A stretch of DNA of 64,000 nucleotides from Eledone cirrhosa (GCA_964016885.1 OZ024742.1:337590001-337654000); one strand, 5' to 3'. Numbered from the stretch's first letter, positions 1-13,254 are shown. Numbers and translations: made by a program. Notes: a model not told the origin generated them from the letters alone.

Positions 1-2460
1 GGTAGACAAACTGATCAACCACTCCAAGTCGTTTACCATACACATAGATATTTGGTTCACTGTACTGCTTACCAGGGACATGTTGGTACATGACGACGGT
101 TTTCTTGAGACTGACAGTCAATCCTAGGGCAGTGCGTCAGAAAATGTATTCAAAATGTGCTGCTTATCACTCTCTGTGTGCGCTACAAGATCGCAATCAT
201 CTGCATACAAGAGGTCTCTTATGATTGATGTAAATACTTTTGTCTTTGCAGCAAAGCGCCTGATGTTAAATATGCTGCCTGAGGTTCGATATGGATGTAA
301 ACACTATGCTCGCAATTCCTGAATGCAATACAGAAAACCATTGCAAAGTATATGGCAAACAGGGTCGGTGCTGGAATATCCCCCTGTTTCACTCCATTTT
401 TTACTGAGATAGGCTCCGACATGTTACCTCCGACATTAACCCAAGCCTTCATGTCGTCATGGAAAGACCTAACTAAAGCAAGGAACTTATCAGGGTAACC
501 AAGTTTCTGGAGAACCTTCCATAATGCATCTCTGTTAACAGTATCGAAAGCTTTTGTCAGATCGACAAAAACCTGATACAGATCCAAACCTTGTTCCATT
601 CACTTCTCCTGGGGCTGTCTAGCTGAGATCATATCAGTAGTGCCGCGTCCAGCACGAAAACCAGATTGACTTTCAGGAAGAACACAATCTGCAATGTGTG
701 TCAGCAGACGGTCCAGAAGCACCCTACATAAAACTTTCCCTACGACAGAAAGCAATGATATACATCTGTAGTTCCCACAATCATTCCTGTTACCCTTTCC
801 CTTCTACAAGACCACCATTACTGCATCTCTCCAGTCCTCACGTACGGATTCATTAGCCTGCATATCCTGCCAAACAGTGAAGATATTGCAGGAGTCTCTC
901 ACCACCATATTGTAGGAGCTCAGCATGTATGCCATCCATACCTGGAGACCTCCCACTGTTCAGCTTCGAGATAGCCACTGCAACCTCCACAAGCGTCGGA
1001 GGTTCTGCGAGAGTTACTTTCACAGGACTTTCTGGAATGAGATTGAGGAAATCTTCATTGACGATAGACGGCTGATTCAAAAGATCATCAAAGTGCTCTC
1101 ACCACCTTCGTAAAATTCCTTGTGAGTCACGAAGAAGTTCTTTGCCATCCTTGCTGCGAAGCAGTGTCACCAGAGAAGACGGTCCATAAACCTCACGCAA
1201 GAAACTGTACAACAGATTTGTGTTATTGGAATCTGACGCAGTTTGTATCTCATCAGCCTTCTCACTCCACCACTGATCCTTCATCTGAGAAAGACTCTGC
1301 CTAACACGTGATTTCACATCCTTGAGTTCCTTATGCAACGTATTCTTCTCCTGTGGTTTTGCCGTCAAGTAGCACACCTCTTATCAGCCAACAAGTCTTC
1401 TATATGTACATCATTCTCATTAAACCAGTCCTGATGTTTTCTCTGCACCAATTCCAGAACACGCCTGCCTACATCATAAACCGACTTTTTAAGGGTCGGC
1501 CAATCCTCACCAAGATCTGCAAACTGCATCTCTTCTTGCAATGTCCTCTTCACATTTTTATCCTTAAGACGAGCAGCATTCAATCCAGGAGCCCGGATTT
1601 TACGTTTAGTGATTAGTTTCACTTTTGCGCGTACCAGGCGGTGGTCCGTCCAGCACTCAGCTCCACGAAGAGCACGAACACACTGCACATCCTGTCTGTC
1701 ACGCATCCTGACAAGGACGTAGTCCAAAAGATGCCATTCCTTAGATGCAGGATGCATCCATGTGGTCTTGAATTTGTTCTTTTGTTGCAACATGGTGTTG
1801 GTAACACACAGATCCAGCTCCTCACACATCTGCAGCAGGAGCATACCATTGTTGTTACACTTTCCCACCCCATGTCTTCCGATTACATTCCATGTGTTAA
1901 AATCCCTACCCACTCTAGCATTAGTCGCCAAGCACGATGACTTTGTCTGCCTGAGGGATATTTCTTAAAACACCTTTCAAGGCATGGTAAAAGGACACTT
2001 TTTCTTCATCGACAGACTTCATAGTTGGAGCATACACACTCACCAGGATCGCATATCTTCCTTTGTCCAGCGGAATTCTCATGGACATAAGACGCTCACT
2101 AATCCCTACTGGGAATTCTTCTAATTTATTCACAAGAACAGTCTTGACAGCAAATGCTACCCCAGCCTCTCTTCTGGTTCCTTCATCTCTTCCTTTCCAG
2201 AAGGATGTATATTCTCCACAAAATTCTGTAAGATGACCATCTCCAACTAACCTCGTCTCAGATAAAGCCACGATGTCAAGATCGTAACGTCGAGGCTCCT
2301 TTGCAACAAGAGCGGTCCTTCGTTCAGGACGCTCCAAGGAATCCCTGTCAAGCAGCGTCCGTACGTTCCAGCAGCCGAGACTAAATGCCTTGTTTGGCTC
2401 TATTACAATGGCACGATGACGAGCGGGCCCAGGCTGTGATAACCCGGGGCCCCTGCCCTT
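1..2460 (-). mobile_element. RTE-clade LINE, degenerate APE endonuclease + RT, runs off window start
   Basis: Frame-broken ORFs 1921-2337 (ERRTALVA..DIVALSETRL), 1365-1931 (TTWMHP..LDYVLV..WTDHRLV), 219-599 (FVDLTKAFD, GVKQG); YADD-coding sequence near 200. Confidence 0.9.
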
Positions 2461-2596
2461 ATTGCCAATTATCTTTTTTGTTCCAGAACCTTTATTGCCA
2501 ATTATCTTTTATATTGTTTTGGAACATCATTGAATTGGGGAAAAAAAAAAAAAAGTAATAATAATAGTAACAATAATAATAATAATATTAATAATA

Positions 2597-3075
2597 GAAA
2601 ACGATCAGGTGAAGGTGCTGTGGGATTTTAGGATACAGACGGACAAGAAACTGGAACACAATAGACCTGACCTGGTGTTTTGGACAAGGAAAAAAGATTG
2701 TGCCTGATTGTGGATGTAGCCTGCCCATTCGACACGAGAGTGCAAGAGAAGGAGAGGGAGAAAATTAACCGATACCAGGACTTAAAGTGGGAGGTAAAAA
2801 AGATTTGGAACTGCCATGAGGTCAAAGTGATAGGCGCAGTGATTGTGATAGGCGCACTAGGTACTATCTCAAGGAGTTTCCAGGGTTGATTAAAGAAAAT
2901 TGGCCCCGTCCCGCTTTTTGGAACACTTCAAAAGGCATGCTTGCTGGGAACAGCAAGAACCCTCCGATACGTCCTGAATATCTGAGGCTGCAGGTAGTGG
3001 CTTGATATTCATTTCAACAAACTTTCCAGTTAACTAACATCAATGACTGAGACTCAAAGAATAATAATAATAATA
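2597..3075 (+). mobile_element. Dong/R4-type non-LTR element, 3' fragment (restriction-like endonuclease) between (TAA)n tracts
   Basis: Encodes ENDQVKVLWDFRIQTDKKLEHNRPDL..LIVDVACPFD; near-identical to ~32708-33195; AAT repeats on both sides. Confidence 0.8.
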
Positions 3076-6000
3076 ATAATGCTTTCTTTATTAACCACAA
3101 GGGTTTACATAAAGTAGACATTAAAGACAGTACAAGACGGTACAAATGGGAATTTCTGCGTGTAAAAAAAACAAAAACAGGATGTAACAAAAAGAATAAC
3201 AATGAAAAAATTCTCCAATACGGGGGAGATTTCCGAGGGACATTCGTGAAGAAAGCCCATTAAAAAGTCACAGTGACCCTGACCACCAGGGTAAGTGCCC
3301 TCTGCCAGTTTTCCACCTTTAATTTACAGACACATACTCAGAGTAGGCCCATTCACTCGGGACATTCTTGCTTCTTTCACCCATCTTTCAACAACATGCT
3401 GGGAAGTGCTCTCTACCCTGATTTTCCTTTTCAAATGAAATTTGAAAAAAATAATCAGGGCATCACTGAAGAGGTAAGTGCTCGTCTTCACCGCTTTCAA
3501 ACGTGCCCACCATACTATCTCTTTCGCCATGGCCACCAGACAGATAAAAACTGCCTGCCCTTCTCGGCTAAAAGAAGAGGGCGGGGCAATCCTCACGATG
3601 GACTCAGCTGATAGCTGGATCCGTCCTACACGGGACAGCAGGTGTTCGATATAAACCCACAATTCAGCAATGCTCGGACACTGGACGAGTGCGTGCAGGA
3701 CGGTTTCGTCGCCCTGTGCACATCTCGGACATGCCCGGCTGACGGCACCTCCATGCCTGTAGAGTTTATCCCAAACTGGCAAAGCTCCTCGGTAGCACTG
3801 CCAGACCAGGGATTTCTGGAAGTTGTCCATAGGCCCCGGCATGAAAGTTCTTCCGAAGAGATTGGCTAGTTGATTTTCGTCGACGCCTAGAGTTTCCCCA
3901 AGTACGTCGTCGCTCTTCCCTTCCACTAATCCTCTATAGAACGCCAAGGTGGAGTTTCCACCAATCACATTGCCCGATTGGTCAAGGGCTGTGAGAGCCT
4001 GAAGACATTCCAGTCTCCAGTCTTCGCTTGACCCAGGACTGCAGCTCCGTCAAGGAGACGAGCTGAGGAAAGACGCATCTCGCAAACGGCGACCACACAT
4101 GATCACCGTCGAGGAAGAGGTGGAGATGTCGTAGCCTGAGCGCGTGTCTGCGCATCGTCAGTCACGGCATGCCCAGCCCTCCACGTAGCGAGTGTTGTCA
4201 GCAGATGGACCGCGTCCCTTCCACAAAAAACGAAAGAGCAAAGGCTCCAGCGCAGTCAGGCGGGGCTTAGGACAAGGTACGACGGTCAGGCGATAGTAGA
4301 TGACGGACGCGATGTACGCGTTGGCCACCTCAGCTCGACCTTTAAGGGATAGCTTCCTCTCCGCCCATTTCTGGGTGAGAGAAGCCACCCTGCTCGTCAC
4401 CTCGTCCCAGTTTTTGTCCGTCTGGAGGTCCGGACCGAACCAGACCCCTAGCAATTTAACCGGTCCGTCCGTCCAGTGCCCAACGACGCTGTTGGATGGC
4501 ATGGACCTGCCTCTCCAGGTGCCGAGCTTCAGACCCACTGACTTTTCCTGGTTGATCATTGCTCCTGTCACCGCTTCGTATTCTCTTAGTGTAGTGCCGA
4601 TCGCCTCGATGTGTTTGGCGTTCGACACCACTACGGTGACATCATCCACATATGCTGACACGGATCTTCCGCATCCTAGTTTGCGCGGGATCCCCCTCAA
4701 CGTCTCCAGTTTGTGCAGTAATGGCTCGAGAGTCAATACGTACACGAGGGACGAGAGGGGACATCCTTGGCGGACCGAGCGCATGATGTTGAACGGTTCC
4801 GAAAGGTGACCGTTATCTCTCACCACAGAGCAGATGTCGCTGTGCATGACAGCGATCCAGCCTCTGAAGACGGGCCCAAAGCCAGCTGCCCTCAGGACTG
4901 CCGCTAGGTAACGATGGTCGACCCTATCGAAAGTTTTCGACTGATCTAAATTGATCAAGGACTCACCCGTGCCAGGTTCCCTAGCTACCTTCTCCACAAT
5001 GTATCGCATGAGGTGGAGGTTGTCGTGGATGGATCTGTCGGGAATGGCGCATGTCTGCGCCTCTCCCACCAGACCACCAACGACAAGCGCCAACCTCTTT
5101 GCTAGCACCTTGGCCAAAATCTTGAACTCTGTGTTTAGCAGAGTTATGGGCCTGAAATTATCTGTTATCTCCCTTGTTCGGATCCTTTCTCAGCAGTGCC
5201 ACCGCTCCTCGCATCACAGAGCTGGGAATTCTCCCGTTCTGTTGCTAGTTGCAGGAGACGTCCGCCAAGAGACCTCCGAACAAGTCTGGCATCTGTACGT
5301 AAAGTCCATAGGGCAGACTATCCAAACCAGGCGATTTACCCCTTGTGCAGCCAGTCATTGCTTCCCGTACTTCAGCGTCTGTTATCGGCTTTTCGCAACA
5401 CTCCGCCTCAGTGGCCGAGAGCCGCGGCAGTCTGTCGAGGTAGACACTAAAGTCCATCCCTCGATCCGGCCCACCGCTGCCCCCGAACAGCTGAGCCAAG
5501 TGTCGCTGAAAAGCTTCACACATTTGCCCGGGATCGAGTAGCATGCGCTCGTCGTGGTCCACCAAAGACCGGATCGTGGCTTTGTTGCCACGACGCACCT
5601 CCACCAGTCTGGCCCATTGAACGGCTTTCGTCCCCCCGTGTCTGAGAGCACGCACCCTAGCTCTGACAACGCAGCCTTCGTGCTTTGCATTGAAGAATTG
5701 GTCAAGGGCCAATTTCGCCGCAAGTACGTCGGTCGCAATGCCTTTGCTAAGCGCCTCGTCTAATTTTCTAACTAGTTCTCCCTCTGCTCTATTTTTCTCT
5801 ATTGCTAAAGCCTTACTAAACCTAATGGTCTCTATTCTAATTGCTCTTTTCAGAGCAAACCACCACTTGTTGTTGATGATGGCCCCCATCAACGCCCGCT
5901 TAACTAGTTCGCTAATCCGGTCTCTGTAGGCCTTGCGTGCTGGTAAGTACGCGTTTAGCTTCCAGTAGCCGCGTCTTCGTCTATGAAGCCTATCTACGTC

Positions 6001-8756
6001 AACCACACAGATCACGAATTTGTGGTCCGTGTAGCTGACTATCTTGAATTGTGGACAGCCTATGCTAGACCTATCTATTTCCCTACAAAATACTCTATCT
6101 AGATATGATCTGGATGACCCGATACGGTTTGTCCAAGTCCACATTGGCACATTCGGGAAATCCAATCGGTACCTGTCAGAGAGTTCAAAACGCCTGAGCA
6201 GGTTGGTGAGGATCTTGCACCCTCCACCTCTATCCGCTAATCTCACAGTCCCAGCGTGCATCTAAGATCCCGTTCCAGTCGCCCACTAACACTAAAGATC
6301 AGGACGTTCCAAGAAAGTCTCCAGACGCCGGAAGAAATCAGGCCGCCCTGCTCCTGTCGAGGCATAGACGGCCACTAGCCTGAAAGCTTGCCCGTCTCCA
6401 CTGGTCACGTCCAGCACCACTAACTTACCTTCTGAGTCCAGGAAGATGGCCCGTATGGCGAGATCCAAACTTCTCCGAAAAAGCACAGCAACTCCTCCCA
6501 CCGATCCAGGACGGCTGGGAGATGCGTACACATCGTAGCCGCCTAAGATCGGTTCGAAGGCCCGTGCTTCGGAGATTCTGGTCTTGCTGATGGCCACTAC
6601 ATCTATGTTTAGTGACCTGAGGTCGTTGAGCAGGAGGCCCTGCTTCCATGACGACCCCAAGCCACGCGCATTTATGCTGCCTATTCTGAGTGAGGTCATG
6701 TTGAAATGGAGTGGAAAAGATGGGAAAGACCACTTACCTTACTTCTTGTAGAGGAAGGATGGTTTCTCCATCCTTTTCACTGCTCGTGGCCTCCTCTGGA
6801 AGGATGTCCTTATAAATCCTCCTGGAGAGTGCTTGTCGGAAGTCTCCGATGTCTTTGGGGAATTTTTGTTTTAGTGTTGTGTACGTTTTCTGTGTGTTGC
6901 GAGTGATTTGTATGTGGAGGTGGTGTGAACTTTTGGGGTGTTGTGTAGTCTTTTTCTGTGATGCTGGTGTTGTGTTGGATGTAGTGTAATAATTGGTTGT
7001 TGTTCAAATTTAATGCTGTGTAGTATCGTTTTGGTTGTTTTGTTTTGTTTGCGTTTGTTGTGGGTTTCTTTGTTTCGCTTTTTGGTGACTTTTGTGGTTG
7101 GTGTTGGTGTTGGTGATGGTGGTGTGGATGGTGGCATAGCTGTCCTAACTTTTTTGTTTGATAGTTTATTTGTTTCCTTCTGTATTTTGTTTTTGGAGGG
7201 GGAAGGAAGTGGATTTTTTCTTTTTTTCTTTTTTCCTGATACCATTTCCCACTCCCCATCGTCACAATCTGTCTCCAGTTGCGATAGGTCGGGGAGTGGA
7301 AAATCCTCCACAGGCGTTGGTTTTGGTTGTGGCGTGGTGGATGGTGTAGGCGCTGGTGCTAGTTCTGGAGCGTTGGGTGGTGGTGGTGTTGGTTTTGCTA
7401 CTGTTGCTGGAGTTGTTGCTGCTACAGTTGCTGCCATTTCTGCTGCTGGTGGTGTTGATGGTTGAGTCACTGGGGTGGGTAAGAGAGATAGCCTCAACTT
7501 TTAAACCTGAGAGCAGATAGCCCTTAGGTGGGTTCCTTCACCACAAACGACACACCTAGGCCTTCTACCCTCGACAATTATGGTGAGGTGACTGCCGTCA
7601 GTGAGGTCTATTACCTCTGGGATCTCTTCAATGCTTTTTTGGTCCGCTTGGATCAGGAGCTCCATCCCAGATCCGGACCAGTTCTCCTGCTTTTCTTTTG
7701 CTATTTCTATTATTTTGGTGTTGGCCTCGATGCCGGCAGCCATTAGCCAGGGAATTTCGATGGCCGGTGGAACGTGGGTCACCCTGATCTTTACGAGTCT
7801 CTGGCCACAATAGCTTGGGACGAGTGTGAAGTCGTCGCTTCTTAATGGGGCCATGGAGTGCTCTTTGACCTCCTGTGGTGTTCTAAAGAACACGTCCACG
7901 GTTCCATATTTCTGCCCACGTCTGATGTGGGGTTTTTTTGCCCACACATGTCCCAAAGCTTTTTGGATTTGGGACTCGGATGCCCGTTCCACTCGGCGTG
8001 ATTTTATGTTAATCGTCCGATAAGATACGATGCATAGGCGCCGATGCTCTATTTTATTTGGTGGGGGGGGGGGGGGGTGACCCTGTACCCATCTTTCTTT
8101 ACCATTCTCTTGGGTTCATCTAATTCCTCCTGAGTTACCTGGATTGTTTCGCATTTTTTGGCTGCTTTGGCAAATGACACGATGTTGTTATTCTCATTGT
8201 TGTTATTGTTATTTTTAGTTTCAGTTGTGGTGGTAGTGGCGTCAGTGGTGTTCGGTGTGGAAGAGTCCATTCTGGGTGAATCCATTTCGATGTTACAAAA
8301 TAATTTATTTTTTTCTTTTGTTTCTGTTGTCGCTGTGGTGGTGGTGGGGGTGGCAGCTTCAACACCTGCAGTCATTGGTAATGGCGGGAAATGAATGTCT
8401 GCATGAGACAAATTTAAATTATTGCTACTGCTTATATTTTTAGTGTTGGCAAACGTAGTAATATTTACAATGGTGGTTTGGTGTGAGGTGTTAGTTTGTG
8501 AGGAAGGCTCTCAGCTGCTTGGTGTAACTGTGAGTCGTCCATGTTTTTTTCCAAGAAATTTTTTGTTTGATAATTATAAAAGTTTAAATTTTGGGCTCAA
8601 GGCCCCAATCATTTTGAGTGTCCTTTTCCGAAAGAAAATTTTGTGCCTTTATAAACAGTTAACAACAAAAATTTTCCATAAATGGCAATTTTAAACAAAC
8701 GAAAACAACAAACCTTTGCGGAGCTCACGATGATACGATTTCCTACGTAGGTCGCC
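3075..8756 (-). mobile_element. Near full-length Tx1/L1-clade LINE with disrupted ORF1 and ORF2
   Basis: ORF1 pieces 8049-8411, 7501-7992 (CVVCGEGTHLRAIC knuckle), 6871-7497; APE 6292-6699 (GSINARGL) and 5245-6261; RT 4158-5117 (QGCPLS, YVDD); C-terminal CPRC..HALVQC 3324-3968; 3' AATAAA then (ATT)n. Confidence 0.88.
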
Positions 8757-8771
8757 AATAATAATAATAAT

Positions 8772-9665
8772 GATTTCTTTATTGGCCACAAGGGCTGACA
8801 TCAAGAAAAACATTAGACAGCACAGGACGGTACGATGTGGGTTTTGTGCGTGTAAAGATTTTTATTATTTATATAGAAAAGAAAAAAAAAGACATAGAAA
8901 CATATATATATATAAACAATAAAAATGAAAATTGAAACAATGAAAAAAATTCCCCAATAGGGGGAAAAAATCCGAGGGTTACTCGTGGCGAAAACCACAC
9001 AAAAGACCACGGCCACCCTGACCACCAGGACAAGTGCCCCCTCTCAATTTTTTCCATTTCTCAAACTACAGGCGTATATTCAGAGCGGTCCCGTTCACTC
9101 GGACCATTCTCGCTACATTCACCCACCTTTCAACAAACTTGCTAGTAGGTAGCACTTGCCTCTCCACCCCGATTTTGCTCTTCAAGTGAAACTTGAAAAA
9201 GTTAATTAGGGATTCGCCGAAGAGGAAAGTATCTGTCTTTAACTCTTTCAACCTTGTCCACCACACAATCTCTTTCGCCATGGCCACCAGGCAGATGAAA
9301 ACTGCCTGCCCTTCCTCCTCGAAGGAAGACAGCGAGACCATCTGTACAATGGACTCAGTCGATAACCGGATCAGTCCCACACGTGACAGCAACTGTTCGA
9401 CATAGATCCACAAGTCAGCAATGCTTGGGCACTGAACGAGTGCGTGCACGACGGTTTCGTTGCTCTGCGCGCATCTCTGACAGGCTCGGTTGACGGCACT
9501 TCCGTGCCTGTAGAGCTTATCTCGAACCGGCAACGCTCCCCGGTAGCACTGCCAGGCCAGAGATTTTTGGAAGTTATCCATAGGCCCTGGGCTGAAAGTT
9601 CTCCGGAAGAGAGCAAACAGCTGATCTTGTTCGACGCCCAGGAACAAGGGCGCGGGTGAGAGCAA
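8772..9665 (-). mobile_element. 5'-truncated second copy of the Tx1/L1 family
   Basis: ORF 9066-9665 is homologous to 3324-3968; similar 3' UTR ending in (ATT)n. Confidence 0.85.
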
Positions 9666-9889
9666 CTTGGATCAGGGTGAGGGGATATCTACGCTGATTG
9701 AAGCGGAAGGCCGTGTGAAGGGTATGGGTTTCAAAATCGTAGCGTATGCGATTCAGTGAATTACTGGTATTGGTACCAAAATGAGCGTTCGATGTACAGA
9801 CAGAGTGTATATATTAAGGAGAACAATGAAGTTTCATCTACGTGTATCTAGTTTTCTTATTGTGTATCGACCTGTTATGCACATTTCAC

Positions 9890-10120
9890 AGAAGATTGGA
9901 TTTCACTACAGATGCTGGAGATAATTAACTGTGGCCGCAAGACTCGCCTGCACGGAGACATGAATGAGCATCGACGTCTCAACTGGATACGAAATAAGGC
10001 CGTCGCGGATGACCAAGAGAAGTTATGGGCGGATGAAGCCGAGCACCTGGAGGCTGCGGTAAGGAACAATTGACCTCAGCCATGTGTTCAACACACTCGG
10101 TAGAGCCCGTGCTGAAGGTT
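9890..10120 (+). mobile_element. Short RTE-like LINE fragment (EN-RT linker)
   Basis: Translates LEIIN..RLHGDMNEHRRLNWIRNKAVADDQEKLWADEAEHLEAAVRNN. Confidence 0.45.
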
Positions 10121-10499
10121 ACCAAAACCAACGGTTTCACCACTGAAACCACCTGCCTCGAACGTTGGAAGGAGAACTCCAGCTTTCATCTTCATCACCC
10201 ACCTGTTCCAATCGTCCCTGCCTAACCATCGTCGCAGATAAAACTGCTACTAACGACACTTGCAGACACGGTCCTGTCATTCCCGATGAATTCAGAGACA
10301 AACCACAAACCCTCCATCTCAATTTACTTTTGAAAAGCATAAGACCTGTGAAACCGGTAAAGGAAATAAATAAATATTCTTAAAAAGACTCCTGTTGCAT
10401 TTTCGATTTCTTTTCCTTATATATATATAAAGGATCGATCGACTTTCGTCAAATCGGACCAAGGAAACAATGTTTTCGTCGGTCTTTCCAGTTGCTAGC

Positions 10500-10631
10500 A
10501 CTATCTATCGGTCGCAACCCCAGGCAGAAGGAGCAACGTGAAATAAAGTGTCTTGCATTGCCCTGTCCAGGAATCGAACTCACAACCTCAAAATTCTGAA
10601 TCCAATTCTCTAACCACTCAACCACACTCCT
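10500..10631 (-). mobile_element. tRNA-derived SINE head
   Basis: Minus strand GTGGTTGAGTGGTTAGAG (A box) and GAGTTCGATTCC (B box); related copies at 42491-42640 and 45290-45447. Confidence 0.65.
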
Positions 10632-10656
10632 TATATATATATAAGGAGTGTGGTAA

Positions 10657-10917
10657 CTAGTACCAATACCCAGCACCGCACTCTCGGAACTTATTTGGTC
10701 CTTAAAAGACAAAAACATTAATTACGAAATCTCTTGGCGTAAAATTTGCAACGCTTTACCTTACTCCAACGCTTCCATATCTAAGGTTTGTAATTTATGT
10801 CTAGCTGAAAAATTTACCATTATCTCGAATTTCAACTCTTTAATAAATAGACTTACGGACTTATTTGGTCTCTGTATTCATAAATCTTTTAAGACCTTTC
10901 ACAAAGTATACAGCTAA
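10657..10917 (+). mobile_element. Penelope-like (Naiad-type) GIY-YIG C-terminal coding fragment, 5'-truncated; absent from the ORF track
   Basis: Reads PSTALSELIWSLKDKNINYEISWRKI..KVCNLCLAEKFTII..LINRLTDLFGLCIHK; homologous to ORF 27284-27580. Confidence 0.8.
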
Positions 10918-11344
10918 TGTCCTATAACTTATTCTACGAATAACGGTTAATTTTTTACAAATATATATTTTTACACATATATCTTTTCACATATTTCATT
11001 ATATTCTACAATTTATTAATCCCCTTTTCTCTGCATTATTAAGCCTTTCACCTTCTTTCTCTATTGACGTTAATTTTTTCGTTCAAACCTTCGTAGATTT
11101 TGTAAACAATCTATGACGTCAGATGAAAGAATGATGTATTGGTACGCGATGGGGCCCACCCACAGCCCCGGCGGACGGCAAGGGAGACGCGCTGGAAAAG
11201 CCACTCCAACTCGCGGGGCTCACATAAAATAATAATCAAATACTATATAAATTTTTAATAGTAATTTTTAATTTTGATATAGATAGACTATTCTTATTTT
11301 CATTTATTATTTTTTATTCTGGTCTATCTGATTTGATTTTATTT

Positions 11345-11836
11345 TCCCACTGTGTGTGCGAAACCCGAGAAGTACCCAACCGATTTTTTTTCAAACTTTA
11401 CATGTGTATTACTTATGTTTCAGGGAGTGTTATGCACATAAAATTCAACTTTTTGATCCCCTAGGGCCCGCATTAGGTGAAAAACTGCGTTTTTTTCAGA
11501 TTTTTATGGGTTTTTTGAGGCCTTACGTCAGACCGATTTCCTTGAAATTGTAACTATGTATTAGTCAGTCTCTTCTTCATACCGTGAACAAATTTCAAGG
11601 CATATTATGCATATAAAAAGAATTCATTTTCTTGATCCCCTAGGGCTCGCATTAGGTGAAAACCTACATTTTTCCTGCTTCATCGAGGAAAATCTTAAAG
11701 ATTATCCAGCCATCAGAGTATTCGGTTTATTTTCTTTACATATTGTCCAGGCATGCAGTTTTTCCACGATTAGGTCTGTTGGCGGCCCGCGTTCCAAAAT
11801 ACCTTATCCCGTGCAACGCCGGGTACCACTGCTAAT
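11345..11836 (+). mobile_element. Non-autonomous Helitron/Helentron-like element
   Basis: Internal imperfect repeats (CCGATTT..AAA; GATCCCCTAGGGC..ATTAGGTGAAAA x2) and a 3' GC hairpin CCCGTGCAACGCCGGG followed by ..CTGCTAAT. Confidence 0.45.
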
Positions 11837-11890
11837 ATAATATAATATAATTGTTTCTACTTTTGGCACAAGGACAGCAATTACTCATTA

Positions 11891-12771
11891 CAAACGGGAA
11901 GAAGGAGGGTGAGGAGAGGTAGTAACAGAGAGTGAGTGAGTGAAGGGTGAGGAAGAGGCTAACAGAGAGAGTGACTGTTAGAGAGGGTAAAGATACAGAG
12001 AAAGAGGAAGCAGTAAGAACGAAATAGACGGGTCACAGCGAGGGAAAAAATATGTGTAAATATGAGAATATGAGAATACTGATGAAGGACTAACTTTATT
12101 CATATGTAACCCTTTAGCAACCACGCAGCACGTTTATTCTCATATTTACACATATTTTTCCTCTCGCTGTGACCCGTCTATTTCGTTCTTACTGCTTCCT
12201 CTTTCTCTGTATCTTTACCCTCTCTAACAGTCACTCTCTCTGTTAGCCTCTTCCTCGCCCTTCACTCACTCACTCTCTGTTACTACCTCTCCTCATCCTC
12301 CTTCTTCCCGTTTGACCTGTGCGTAATTCTTTTCTTTCGCACCCTTGGTCAGGCAGGTATCCTTTTTTTCTCTCTTTCGTCTACGATTTCACAGAACTTA
12401 TGTTTACCGAATTCACAGACTAGATTCCTTCTTCCTCCCGTTAGACATGTACGGAATTCCTTCCTTGCTCACCTTCCAACCAGGTTTGATGGTCTTTATT
12501 CTCTCTCGTTCACGATTTCACCGAACTTATATTCATGGAAATTTGGGACTTGACTCCTTCCTCATTTTTCGTTGCTTCACCATCTTTGTTTGTTTACACT
12601 CTCGTGTCCCCTTTATTTACGTGTCTCAACGACTTTTTTTAGCCGTTGCTCGCACCAACCGGAGGTATATGGTCTTTAAAGCGATGAAATACCAATGATG
12701 GTTGGAAGATCACTGATGAAGGACTAACTTTATTCATATGTAACCCATTAGCAACCACGCAGCACGTTTAT

Positions 12772-12780
<9 letters not shown>
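11891..12780 (+). mobile_element. Fold-back PLE-like element: 180-bp inverted arms plus a direct repeat ending in (TA)n
   Basis: 11891-12070 is the reverse complement of 12135-12314; 12079-12143 (starts CTGATGA) recurs at 12713-12777. Confidence 0.7.
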
Positions 12781-12808
<28 letters not shown>

Positions 12809-13183
12809 GTAGGAGGTGAGTTTTATTGTAGTACAATAAAGCAATGCAGATATCGGATAAGAAGCACTCTACAATTTGTAGGACTGGAGTATACATAATA
12901 TATAAGATCAAAAGATGGTTAAAACCTCTCTATGTAAAACAATATATTTTTCTCAGTTATAAAAGCTATCTCTTTCTCTCTATCACCCATCTCTCCTCCT
13001 ATCTCATCCTTCCTCATTATACTCCTCCCCCTCCACTTTTTACTCTCATCTCCTCCTCTTTTTCACCCCCCACCCCCAAATCTTTTTTCCCAATATCACA
13101 CATCAATCTAAAACTACTTTTCATATGTTGATTTAAAACTGCACTATTCACAAGTGTTTTTTAACCTTCATATCATGTCTTCC

Positions 13184-13254
13184 TATTTTATCTGATGAAA
13201 ACACAAATGTTATTGCATGATGATATTTGTTTTTGAAATGCGCATAATAAAATA
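13184..13254 (+). ncRNA. Minimal type-I hammerhead ribozyme motif
   Basis: TATTTTAT-CTGATGA-[AAACACAAATGTTATT/GATGATATTTGTTTTT stem II]-GAAA-TGCGCA-TA-ATAAAATA; 8-bp stem I; element 12901-13287 has 24-bp terminal inverted repeats. Confidence 0.8.

Noticed and set aside
4300-8443. Plus-strand ORFs overlapping the Tx1 element
   Set aside because: Antisense shadows of LINE coding sequence with no recognisable motifs.
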